From: a virus
IMG/VR virus record: IMGVR_UViG_3300044729_001198
Span: 122,632-186,631 of that record
Length of the DNA: 64,000 bases
Direction: 5' to 3' (one strand)
The notes under the pieces are model-generated. The model was not told the DNA's origin, did not search any database, and saw only the letters and a list, made by a program, of their open reading frames with translations. The translations under genes and the position numbers were made by a program. Positions 19,684 to 28,518 of this stretch are shown here, in pieces; position 1 is the first letter of the stretch; each line of letters starts with the position of its first letter.

Positions 19684-20816
19684 TATCCGTTTAGTTTTTT
19701 ATGTAATTCTTGAATCATCTTGTCTTCGTTCAAAGATAGCTCCATTGCTCTTTGAAGTGACAATTTGTCTTGTTCTTGTCTGAATGTGTCATCATCCAAC
19801 ATTTTATCTAAATACGCAAAGAATTCTTTCTTGGTCTTAAAGAACATTCCGTTTGGGTCAATCTCATAGTAACAATCAGATTCTTGCCAAATCATTGGAG
19901 TTCCGTTCATCATACAATCCGTACCACTAACCGACCACCCATAGTTGGTTTGTCTCATCTGAACCCCAACCTTACAATTCTGAAGTCGTTGATAGTATTC
20001 GTGTTTTGGAACTTTTGTGTTGTCAATCCACGAGTGTGGAGCGTCACCTACTAATTGTGGAATCCAAACATTGAAGTCTTGTCGTTGTGTACGATACTCT
20101 TCCATCAATTCAATAAACTTTGGATATCCTTTGTATGCGGCCGCTCGATGGTTGAATACGATGGTATTTTCTTTTGAAAGTTTTACATCACCAACTATTT
20201 TATCTTGAGGTACACCCAAATTCCATACCTTTAAAATACCATCTAATTTTTGAACAAACTCATGGTTAAAAGTCTCCATTGCCTCATTTAAAACTCTATC
20301 TTTTTGGTCTTGGGTGTTAAGATAACAGACATCCATTTGTGATACTCCAAGGATTTCTATTGGTAACCACAACCATTTAGCTTTTCCAGCTCTATTGTCA
20401 GGCCCATTACATGACTTCATTTCCCACCAATGACAATAACCTACAATTTTAGTGTCCATTGATTTCTTGTATCTACCCACTTGCGGCCAGTCCGGTAAAT
20501 GTGAGTAGATTACATCATAATCAATGTCTTTCAGTAGGTTGATTAGTTTTGGAGATGGGAATGACCTCTGATTCATCATATCACCGGGAATATCAATCTG
20601 ATGTTGCTTGACGTTTGGCAAGTTCAACTTCTTACTGATTTTACCACTTGGCATGAGTATGTTCCAATAATACTCACCATATGATTCTAATGCTTTGATA
20701 TGATTATGTATCACATCTACAAAAGAATCTTTATCAATATTAGAAGAGTTGGTGATGTTCGGTATCACCAACACTTTCCGTGCTTTATTATAATCTATAC
20801 TATCCCAAAAACTCAT
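19683..20816 (-). CDS. GT-B fold glycosyltransferase coupled to PolB (possible DNA glycosyltransferase)
   Basis: IVFNHR...YKG, Y..L..CKVG, YGWSVS..D.MMNGTP; TAATG overlap with polB. Confidence 0.6.
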   Translation of the reverse strand: MSFWDSIDYNKARKVLVIPNITNSSNIDKDSFVDVIHNHIKALESYGEYYWNILMPSGKISKKLNLPNVKQHQIDIPGDMMNQRSFPSPKLINLLKDIDYDVIYSHLPDWPQVGRYKKSMDTKIVGYCHWWEMKSCNGPDNRAGKAKWLWLPIEILGVSQMDVCYLNTQDQKDRVLNEAMETFNHEFVQKLDGILKVWNLGVPQDKIVGDVKLSKENTIVFNHRAAAYKGYPKFIELMEEYRTQRQDFNVWIPQLVGDAPHSWIDNTKVPKHEYYQRLQNCKVGVQMRQTNYGWSVSGTDCMMNGTPMIWQESDCYYEIDPNGMFFKTKKEFFAYLDKMLDDDTFRQEQDKLSLQRAMELSLNEDKMIQELHKKLNG

Positions 20817-20820
20817 TTAC

Positions 20821-20852
20821 CTAATATACAAAATAATTTTTACATTTACAAA
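20821..20852 (-). promoter_or_regulatory. Bacteroidota-type promoter
   Basis: TTTG-N20-TATATTAG upstream of the GT-PolB operon. Confidence 0.65.
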
Positions 20853-21260
20853 TCAGACCATTGGAAATCCAACAGCTGAATTTGTCGTTGAACGATATTG
20901 TGGTGCGTTTGAACTCCAACCTTTTGAGTGATTACTAAAAGGCCGGCTACCAAATGAATTAGCTACCATTGGTGACGGTTGTCCAATACTATCCCAACTA
21001 CTTTCAAACTTTTCAACAACAGTACCCTCTTTAAATGTAATCGTTGACTCATCAAACGAATCTAACATTTTCATAGATACTTTACGAAACACATTCTTCC
21101 GCTCTGGCTTAATTACTTCAATGAATAAAAGTGAACGTACTTTAACACGACATACTTTTAAATTCATTGAGAACAATACACCTTTAACAGGTATAACCAC
21201 CTTTACAATTTTACCTTGAAGTTCTGATAATTCCATACTCATCATATTATTACTATACAA
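20853..21260 (-). CDS. Hypothetical protein with its own promoter
   Basis: ORF fills the gap; host-type promoter overlaps its 5' end. Confidence 0.5.
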   Translation of the reverse strand: MYSNNMMSMELSELQGKIVKVVIPVKGVLFSMNLKVCRVKVRSLLFIEVIKPERKNVFRKVSMKMLDSFDESTITFKEGTVVEKFESSWDSIGQPSPMVANSFGSRPFSNHSKGWSSNAPQYRSTTNSAVGFPMV

Positions 21261-21289
21261 AGATAAGGAATTAATTTGACATATACAAG
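21258..21289 (-). promoter_or_regulatory. Bacteroidota-type promoter
   Basis: CTTG-N20-TATCTTTG. Confidence 0.65.
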
Positions 21290-21294
21290 CCTTT

Positions 21295-22089
21295 TTACCA
21301 AAAGTTTACTTTATTTTCCGGCTCGTAAGTTTCGTATCGTTCTGCCTTTGGTAGAATATCATTGATATCTTTTGGTGGAGTTTCACATGGGTGTTTCAAA
21401 GAATTCAACAACTTTTTCTTTTCAGACTTGTTCGTTGGTAGAATTTGAATGTATCGTAGTTTGGACATTTCTTTTCTACGCCAGAACTCTTTATACCCAT
21501 CCTTACCAATTTCAGTTTTGAGGTGTTCCAAGTTATGTGACCCCCAACGTGAGAATACAGTCCGTGAATGAATGTACTGACCATCCTCACCTTCCAAACA
21601 AATTCCATAATTTGGCATTAATTGTATTTTGTTTGTATCTTGAAATAACCAATTCGTAGCACGATAGATACCACCCAAGTGACCTTGGAACGGGTCTGAA
21701 TATGATAGTAACATTTTGATATTTGGAGCGTGTTCTCTCATCCACTTAAATGTTTGACCCAAAGCGTATGATTCAATATTAGACCCATACCCATCGTGAA
21801 TGAACAATCGAGTCAACTCTAAACATTGGTCATTACCCAACCCATCAATTATTGAGGTTACAGCCGACCTGCCAACAGGAAATCCATAGACAGCAACACC
21901 AATCAGTTTTTCATCATTACCAAGAATGTCTTTCTCATCGGTTTTGTAAAACACACCCAATGCGTATCTACACATGGTCCAAGCGTGCGAATAGTGATAC
22001 GTTACAATCATATCTTTTGCAATCGCTTTGTTAATCTCACGAATTGATACTCGTGAGGTGTCCACATAATGTTTATTTTCCTGTTTCAA
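21295..22089 (-). CDS. Mom-like GNAT DNA-modification protein (copy 2)
   Basis: HYSHAW, GVAVYG.P, LELTRLFI, NIESY, SYSDP.QGH.G.IY.ATNW; TTG start at 22089 gives MKQENKHYVDTSRV, which aligns with the copy 3 N-terminus. Confidence 0.75.
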   Translation of the reverse strand: MKQENKHYVDTSRVSIREINKAIAKDMIVTYHYSHAWTMCRYALGVFYKTDEKDILGNDEKLIGVAVYGFPVGRSAVTSIIDGLGNDQCLELTRLFIHDGYGSNIESYALGQTFKWMREHAPNIKMLLSYSDPFQGHLGGIYRATNWLFQDTNKIQLMPNYGICLEGEDGQYIHSRTVFSRWGSHNLEHLKTEIGKDGYKEFWRRKEMSKLRYIQILPTNKSEKKKLLNSLKHPCETPPKDINDILPKAERYETYEPENKVNFW

Positions 22090-22699
22090 AATTAAAAAAA
22101 TGAGAATGGGTAGTAGTTGAACTTTCGATGAAACTAGCCAAAAAGTCATGTAGTTTATAGTATGGTTTAACGATATTAGACCATTTATAATTTACTTCTT
22201 GATGCTGTACATCTTTGTCACATTCAATCTTGTCGTTGTTTACAAAAATTACATTTTCAATACCAGCAGGTAACATTCTTAAATATTTTGAATTTCCTGT
22301 ACATAAAACACCTTTACTGTCTTTCGTAATCACAATATATTTTATACCCATTTTATGGTATCTCTCAATGTGTAGAATGGAAGCATATGCTGAATTGTCT
22401 TGGAATGATGATTTTGATGATAGTATAAGTTGAACTTTTCCAAATGGGTCAATCAATACAAAATCAACATCGGGAATATCACCATTCCATGCAATTTGTT
22501 TAAAAATTTCACTTGTTGGTTTTGTACTACCTATGTGTACAATATCCCATCCGGAGTACCACCTTAAAATTCTCGTAACATCATCAACGAGATATTTTTC
22601 AAGAGCATCGCCTCTTAATTTAAGAATAGAACCTAAATGGCTCATTGCGTCTTTTTCTTCGGGTTTAATTAAATCGCCTAATAATTCTACTCCTGTCAT
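22073..22699 (-). CDS. Putative type II restriction-endonuclease-like PD-(D/E)XK protein
   Basis: RGDALEKYL, IPDVDFVL, LILSSKSSFQD. Confidence 0.5.
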   Translation of the reverse strand: MTGVELLGDLIKPEEKDAMSHLGSILKLRGDALEKYLVDDVTRILRWYSGWDIVHIGSTKPTSEIFKQIAWNGDIPDVDFVLIDPFGKVQLILSSKSSFQDNSAYASILHIERYHKMGIKYIVITKDSKGVLCTGNSKYLRMLPAGIENVIFVNNDKIECDKDVQHQEVNYKWSNIVKPYYKLHDFLASFIESSTTTHSHFFNFETGK

Positions 22700-23451
22700 T
22701 TTACAATTGGTTCTAATTTATGTATCTCTTCTTCAAAGACCTCACTTACTTTTGGATATGGTAGTGATGGATACTTCAATGTATCAAATATACGATTTTT
22801 TTTCGACTTATCCAAAATATAAACATATCTATGTTTCCTTGGTTCTTTTTTAATCCAAAATGGTTTATCTACCATTTCTTGTATTTTTGTAGGATTGTTT
22901 GTACCATATCTAACAAACGAAGTTCTACTATGATGCCATTCATCGGTTTCATCCCATTTGAATGACCACGAATCATTGGGTCGGATTCTATTACCTTGAT
23001 ATATCCAATTTGTAGACTGATACACAGTACCCAAGTGTCCTACTTTAGGGTCTGAATATGATACCAATGCTCTAATGTGTGGTACGTTTTGACGTAACCA
23101 TTTAAAGGTCTGGCTTACAAACCAACTTTCAATGTTACAACCATAACCATCAAATACAAATAGTCGGGTCAACTCAAGGACTTCAGTTCGGTCAAGAAGT
23201 GGAGAAATGGATTGGCCGGAGTGTCTACCTACAGGATCTCCATAAGTAGCAACTCCGACCAACTCTTCATTTACACCACTAAAAAATTGATGTTCACTTT
23301 CTGATTTGTAAAATAACCCAAGAGCATAAGATACCTTTGTCCAAATACCACTATAGTGATTGTTTACAATGATATCTTTTGCAATTGATTTTGCGATAGG
23401 TCTTACCGAAAATTTACTTATGTCAGAATAAAGTTTACCTTCAACTTTCAT
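22696..23451 (-). CDS. Mom-like GNAT DNA-modification protein (copy 3)
   Basis: HYSGIW, GVATYG.P, LELTRLFV, NIESWFV, SYSDP..GH.G.VYQ.TNW. Confidence 0.75.
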   Translation of the reverse strand: MKVEGKLYSDISKFSVRPIAKSIAKDIIVNNHYSGIWTKVSYALGLFYKSESEHQFFSGVNEELVGVATYGDPVGRHSGQSISPLLDRTEVLELTRLFVFDGYGCNIESWFVSQTFKWLRQNVPHIRALVSYSDPKVGHLGTVYQSTNWIYQGNRIRPNDSWSFKWDETDEWHHSRTSFVRYGTNNPTKIQEMVDKPFWIKKEPRKHRYVYILDKSKKNRIFDTLKYPSLPYPKVSEVFEEEIHKLEPIVK

Positions 23452-23656
23452 ACGGCCAGTTTAGGATATGAGTCCAAGTTTCACCTTTAACAATCTTACG
23501 GATGTTTGCAGGAGAAACGCCATGATTTCTGGCAAGGACTTTAATATTCCTATGACCAATAGCCCATAGTTTACGAATTGCTTTAACTTGCTCTTCAGTA
23601 AGTTTATGGGCTGGGTGTGATTCTCCTCGTAACGACATCCTAAACCTTTTCATCAA
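23441..23656 (-). CDS. Stand-alone HTH protein (like the C-terminal DNA-binding domain of HNH homing endonucleases)
   Basis: GE.HP.HKLTE.QV..IR...LA..HGVS...I.KI..G.TW.H. Confidence 0.65.
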   Translation of the reverse strand: MMKRFRMSLRGESHPAHKLTEEQVKAIRKLWAIGHRNIKVLARNHGVSPANIRKIVKGETWTHILNWPYES

Positions 23657-24080
23657 ATTCTATTTGCATCTGACCTTCGCCACTTTTCCAAGCATCATGA
23701 ATAATCTTATCGATGTTTGGTTTAAAGTAGTTAGGTCCTTTCATAACTTTTCCATCTTCACGATAGATGGGTTTGCCATCCTCACCCAACTTTGACATAT
23801 TTGACCGATGGACTTCATCAAATATGGTTACGATTGTATCTTGCATACCATGAACTAACATAGTTCCCAACAAAATGTAAAGTTGGTCAGCAAGAGCATC
23901 AGCAATACCAACTGGGTCATCATTTTGATTTGCTTCGAGATATTCATCCAACTCTTCCTTACCAAGTCGGTATCTTAATTGAGCAAGTTCATCCGATTGA
24001 GCACAGGGTGATTTTTCAATTGGGTGTCCAAATACACTATGGAACTCTTTAAGTTGTTCTAATTGTTCTATCATAACCAC
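23640..24080 (-). CDS. MazG-like/PRA-PH nucleoside triphosphate pyrophosphohydrolase
   Basis: EELDE, DALAD..Y, EVHRSNMSKL, REDGK..KG. Confidence 0.85.
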   Translation of the reverse strand: MVMIEQLEQLKEFHSVFGHPIEKSPCAQSDELAQLRYRLGKEELDEYLEANQNDDPVGIADALADQLYILLGTMLVHGMQDTIVTIFDEVHRSNMSKLGEDGKPIYREDGKVMKGPNYFKPNIDKIIHDAWKSGEGQMQIEFDEKV

Positions 24081-24111
24081 TAATATACGAATTTATTTTT
24101 AATTTTCCAAG
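24080..24111 (-). promoter_or_regulatory. Bacteroidota-type promoter
   Basis: CTTG-N20-TATATTAG at the start of the MazG-HTH-Mom-REase-Mom unit. Confidence 0.6.
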
Positions 24112-25331
24112 ACATTTGCTAAATTTTTTGCGTCTACGATGTTATCCTCTATTGAACAATATGTCCAAGAACCATATCTACCTATGGAGTATATTCCCAA
24201 TTTATTATAATCTAAACACCAACTATTATATAGTTGTTTTGATTCTTTTGTAATATGTACATATGCTGGGTTCATAACTAAAAACTGATAATCAACGAGG
24301 TCATGAGTATCAACAATATTTACACGTTCTAAATCTTTCAGAACCATTTTTAACAAAACACCCTCATCTATAAGTTGGGTTTCAGACAAACCAATCTCAA
24401 CATATAAACTCATTTTTTCATGTCCCAAAATATTATTGTAAAACCCAACTCTGTAAAAAACCTCTGAACCCGGAAAGTATCTCCAATGTGTTTTTATAGA
24501 AGTACCTTTGTCAAATCCTAAATTAAAAACAGCTACCTTATTAGAAGATAGATTATCAAATTTACGATTGGATAATTTTAAAAGATTTTTAAATGGAATT
24601 GTACTTACAAGATTTTCAAATTGAATCTTTTCTCCTGAATTTGTAGTTACAATCTTATCATCATAGTCTATCGATGATATTGTAGTATTTAATTGAATCT
24701 TTGATTCATCTACCCGTTTTAGTATAGATTTTATATACTCGTAGCTACCACCGGTTGGATATATGAACGTGTCATTGTATGATTTTGATTTTTTCGAGTC
24801 TCGTAACTCATCGAAGCTAACCATTTTTGGAAAAAACCGACCCATAGAATCGGATTCAAGTTCATCGAGATTACAAGCATATAATTTTTCATTATACGGA
24901 ATTACAAACCTATCACAAATAGCAGCACCAAGGGATGATTTAACGTATGATTTAAATGTAGAATTATCAATCTCTTTACATTTTTCCAAGTCTTCCAAAC
25001 ATTGATGATATTCAGCATTACTTAACTGATGAATGTTATGTTGAAATGGAAAATCTATAATTTGATAGTTGTAGTAAATATCAGTAATTTTTTCAACTTC
25101 TAACAAATCACATTCTATGTTTTCTAAAACATAGTTTTTAATTTCTTCGTTTTTAAAGTGAAAGAAATGACCAGAATAATCCCAAACATAATCACCTCGC
25201 TTTTCGGTTTTGCAATAACCACCAAGTTCGGAGTCTTTTTCTAAAATGAGATAATCTCTCTTTGACAAATACGAAGCCAAAGAGAGACCGGTCACCCCAC
25301 CACCGATAATTAGTACATCAGTTTTTTTCAT
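24099..25331 (-). CDS. FAD-dependent oxidoreductase, UDP-galactopyranose mutase-like
   Basis: IIGGGVTGL, GGYC, HFFH, PYNEKLY, GRYGSW.Y. Confidence 0.65.
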   Translation of the reverse strand: MKKTDVLIIGGGVTGLSLASYLSKRDYLILEKDSELGGYCKTEKRGDYVWDYSGHFFHFKNEEIKNYVLENIECDLLEVEKITDIYYNYQIIDFPFQHNIHQLSNAEYHQCLEDLEKCKEIDNSTFKSYVKSSLGAAICDRFVIPYNEKLYACNLDELESDSMGRFFPKMVSFDELRDSKKSKSYNDTFIYPTGGSYEYIKSILKRVDESKIQLNTTISSIDYDDKIVTTNSGEKIQFENLVSTIPFKNLLKLSNRKFDNLSSNKVAVFNLGFDKGTSIKTHWRYFPGSEVFYRVGFYNNILGHEKMSLYVEIGLSETQLIDEGVLLKMVLKDLERVNIVDTHDLVDYQFLVMNPAYVHITKESKQLYNSWCLDYNKLGIYSIGRYGSWTYCSIEDNIVDAKNLANVLEN

Positions 25332-26484
25332 CCAATTTGTTGTTGAAATGTTTTAGATTGTCAAAAAGTCTATCTTTTGAAGATTCAAACTCTGAATCGT
25401 TTAATATTTCTAACAAATAACCAATACCTTCTTCATATCTACCAGTCCAATAGCAAGAAACAGACAATTCATCATTTATGTACTTACCATACGCTTTTTC
25501 ATTAATAAACAAAATGTATTTTGATTTTGCATTATCAAGGCTTAAAGTATGAGCTTTACTCAAATAGCCATAAGCAAGTTCCCACTCACCGATAGAATTT
25601 AAATATCCACCCAAAGTCAAATATGGTTCGGCTCGGTCTGGAAACAAGTTTATGGCAGATTCCATTTCTACAATAATTTCATTCAAATTACTTTGCAGTC
25701 TCATAAGACATACCGAACTTCTCATATGAGCCTCAAATACTTCTTCAATCCATACATTTTTTAATTTTAGATACAATCGATTCCATTGTAACGCTTCACG
25801 ATACATACCATAGTCCATGTAACTTTGGGCTGTATAAAATACAGACCGACTATTCAACTCATCAGGATCATTTACCAAAGTATCCCAAAATTGCTTTTGC
25901 AATCTTTCAGCATCATACAAATACTTTTTAGGGTCAAATGCTCGAGAACCAATACCTTCACCTGATATATAAAATCCGCCATTTGACAAATCTCCGGTTG
26001 TATAATTTGGCTTGTCTAAATTCTTGATTGTAGTATGAGCTACACCACAAAATTTCCAACTATGATTACCATTAAACATAATCAATGCTTTCCATTCTGA
26101 AGTACCACGTTTTACAGGAATAAAATAAGCGTCTCTAAAATCTATTGAAACATCATCAAAAACTTGTGCAAATTGAAAAGAAAAATCACCTACCAATAAG
26201 TCATCAGCATCAAGATGCATGATATAGTCGGCTTTACCTTTAGAACGCTCCATCATCAAAGTTTTATTGTGGTCAAAGCCCACCCACTCATCTTCATGTA
26301 ATTCGCCGGGAATATTTCTATCTTTAAAAAATGATTTTACAAGTTCTATTGTTTTATCAGTAGAGCCGGTGTCACACACAATCCAATAATCGATGTGGTC
26401 AGCTACTGACTCCAATGTTTGTAAAATACAATGTTCTTCGTTTTTGCACATTGTAGCAAAAACTATAGTTGGTTTTTTTATCAT
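25318..26484 (-). CDS. GT2 glycosyltransferase with TPR repeats
   Basis: MCKNEE, DTGSTD, LDADD; helical C-terminus (FY.AQSY, PDRAEPY). Confidence 0.8.
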   Translation of the reverse strand: MIKKPTIVFATMCKNEEHCILQTLESVADHIDYWIVCDTGSTDKTIELVKSFFKDRNIPGELHEDEWVGFDHNKTLMMERSKGKADYIMHLDADDLLVGDFSFQFAQVFDDVSIDFRDAYFIPVKRGTSEWKALIMFNGNHSWKFCGVAHTTIKNLDKPNYTTGDLSNGGFYISGEGIGSRAFDPKKYLYDAERLQKQFWDTLVNDPDELNSRSVFYTAQSYMDYGMYREALQWNRLYLKLKNVWIEEVFEAHMRSSVCLMRLQSNLNEIIVEMESAINLFPDRAEPYLTLGGYLNSIGEWELAYGYLSKAHTLSLDNAKSKYILFINEKAYGKYINDELSVSCYWTGRYEEGIGYLLEILNDSEFESSKDRLFDNLKHFNNKLDEKN

Positions 26485-26487
26485 AAC

Positions 26488-26724
26488 TTATGGGTTTAAA
26501 TATTCAGATTCCGACTTTACTCCAACAAATCTTTTAGTTTCTACTCCGTTTTCCAACAAAATTACAGTTGGAATATTTCTTACATTATATTGTCTGGCCA
26601 AATCAGGTTGGTCATCTACAATTACCTTTCTAACAGGTATTGTATTATTGACTCTATCCATAACAGGACCTAACATTTTACAGGGCCCGCACCAAGGGGC
26701 GCTGAAATACAAATATTGTCTCAT
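26488..26724 (-). CDS. trxA: Thioredoxin
   Basis: WCGPC, IPT. Confidence 0.9.
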   Translation of the reverse strand: MRQYLYFSAPWCGPCKMLGPVMDRVNNTIPVRKVIVDDQPDLARQYNVRNIPTVILLENGVETKRFVGVKSESEYLNP

Positions 26725-26727
26725 AAT

Positions 26728-28512
26728 CTATCCATCACAACTTAAACAATCAGGGTCAGTAGCACGACTGGCGATATCACCACGAAGTACCGATTCAGTT
26801 CTCATATAATAAAGGGTTTTGATTCCCTGCTTCCAAGCCTCCATGTGTACTTGGTTAATCCACTTTGGAGTTGCTTGTTGTGGGAACGCAAGATTCAATG
26901 ATACAGATTGGTCAACATATTGTTGACGAATTCCAGCTTGTTTGATTAATTCTAATTGATTGATTTCTTTGAATGTTTTGTATACATCTTTAACCCAATC
27001 AACTTCTTTATTATCAATATTAGTTTGAGAAATGTCTTGGATGTTGAGTAACTTACCATTAACAAATCCCCAATTATCTAATTCAACAATATCTTGAACC
27101 GAACCACCATCTTGTAGAATCTTATCCCAAGTATCTTTATTATTGATACCAATTTTACGGAGAACTCGTTCCAATTCGGGGTTCTTACGAATGAATGTAC
27201 CTTTAGCCGTTTGTTCAGTAAATACGTTAGCAGCCCATGGTTCAATTCCAGCAGATACATTACCACTCAATTTTGAGTTTGATACAGTTGGAGCAATAGC
27301 CATCAAGTGAGTATTTCTCATACCAGTACCAACACACCATAGCGGTTCACCATATTCTTCAGCCATATCCCTACTTGCTCTTTCGGCTTCAATACGAATG
27401 CCAGAGAAAATTTTACGAGTTTCAAATTGAGCAGGTAAACCTTCAAAGGACATACCCTTTTGTTGTAAGTAAGTATGCCATCCGAGAACACCAAGTCCAA
27501 GAGCTCTACCCTTTTCGGCTGAACGAACTGAATTCTCAAATCCTCTCATGTTTTTAGCTCTCTGAATGAATTCTTCTAATACACCATCCAAAAACCAAGT
27601 TGCGGTGTAAATTAGGTCGGTATCTTTCCATTCATCATATTTAGCCAAATTTACTGACGATAAACAACAAACAAACGAATGTGATTCATCAGTATGTAAT
27701 GTAATTTCAGAACAAATATTAGTCATAAAGACTTTCAACCCATTTTGTTTATATGCCTCTGGATTTTGTTTGTTTACATTACCTTTAAACATGATATAAG
27801 GTTCACCAGTAGCTTTTCGTTTCTGAAGTACCTTACCCCACTTTCGTCTAGCTTCAGCATCACCCTCTTCAAGTTTTCTCATAAACTTATCACCGATAAC
27901 AACACATTGATGTAGGTTTAGTGATTGACGATTCACATCACCCTTTGGTTCACGGATTTCAATCCACTCATCAAAGTCACCATGCTCAATGTTTAAATTG
28001 ATTGAAGCAGCTCCTCTACGAACTGAGCCTTGGTTTGTAGCAAGAATCGTTGAGTCGTAGATTTTACAAAAAGGAACTACACCATCAGATGTACCATTTC
28101 CGGTTATTTTTGACCCAGCAGACCGAATCATATTTACACCAAGACCAACACCACCACCATGTTTGGCAAGTAGCATCATTTCAAGGTTTTTTGCCCCAAT
28201 TTCTTGAATGGAATCACCCACGTCAATACCAAAACAAGAAATCGGTAGACCCCTATCAGTACCAGTATTGGAAAGGACAGGAGTAGCAAGATTAAGCCAC
28301 CCGCGCCAAATATAATCAAAAAACTTACTAGCAAGTTGAGGTTTACCCAACCTACGGGCAACAGCGGTCGATACGCGCCAGTAAGCGTCTTTTGGGGTTT
28401 CTCCGGCAAGGAGATATCCCTTTGAGATTGTTTTAACATAAATTTCGGTATTACCCCAGGTTGGAAAGTCTACTCCGAGCTCCCAACCCAATTCTTCTCC
28501 ATGATTTTTCAT
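26728..28512 (-). CDS. nrdA: Ribonucleotide reductase class Ia alpha subunit (no ATP cone)
   Basis: SCFG, TNICSEI, VCCLSS, APT, TLYY, C-terminal CLSCDG. Confidence 0.95.
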   Translation of the reverse strand: MKNHGEELGWELGVDFPTWGNTEIYVKTISKGYLLAGETPKDAYWRVSTAVARRLGKPQLASKFFDYIWRGWLNLATPVLSNTGTDRGLPISCFGIDVGDSIQEIGAKNLEMMLLAKHGGGVGLGVNMIRSAGSKITGNGTSDGVVPFCKIYDSTILATNQGSVRRGAASINLNIEHGDFDEWIEIREPKGDVNRQSLNLHQCVVIGDKFMRKLEEGDAEARRKWGKVLQKRKATGEPYIMFKGNVNKQNPEAYKQNGLKVFMTNICSEITLHTDESHSFVCCLSSVNLAKYDEWKDTDLIYTATWFLDGVLEEFIQRAKNMRGFENSVRSAEKGRALGLGVLGWHTYLQQKGMSFEGLPAQFETRKIFSGIRIEAERASRDMAEEYGEPLWCVGTGMRNTHLMAIAPTVSNSKLSGNVSAGIEPWAANVFTEQTAKGTFIRKNPELERVLRKIGINNKDTWDKILQDGGSVQDIVELDNWGFVNGKLLNIQDISQTNIDNKEVDWVKDVYKTFKEINQLELIKQAGIRQQYVDQSVSLNLAFPQQATPKWINQVHMEAWKQGIKTLYYMRTESVLRGDIASRATDPDCLSCDG

Positions 28513-28518
28513 AACTTA

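Noticed and set aside
22090-22149. ATG start of Mom copy 2 at 22149
   Set aside because: It adds a hydrophobic extension inside the upstream gene; TTG at 22089 aligns with the copy 3 N-terminus.
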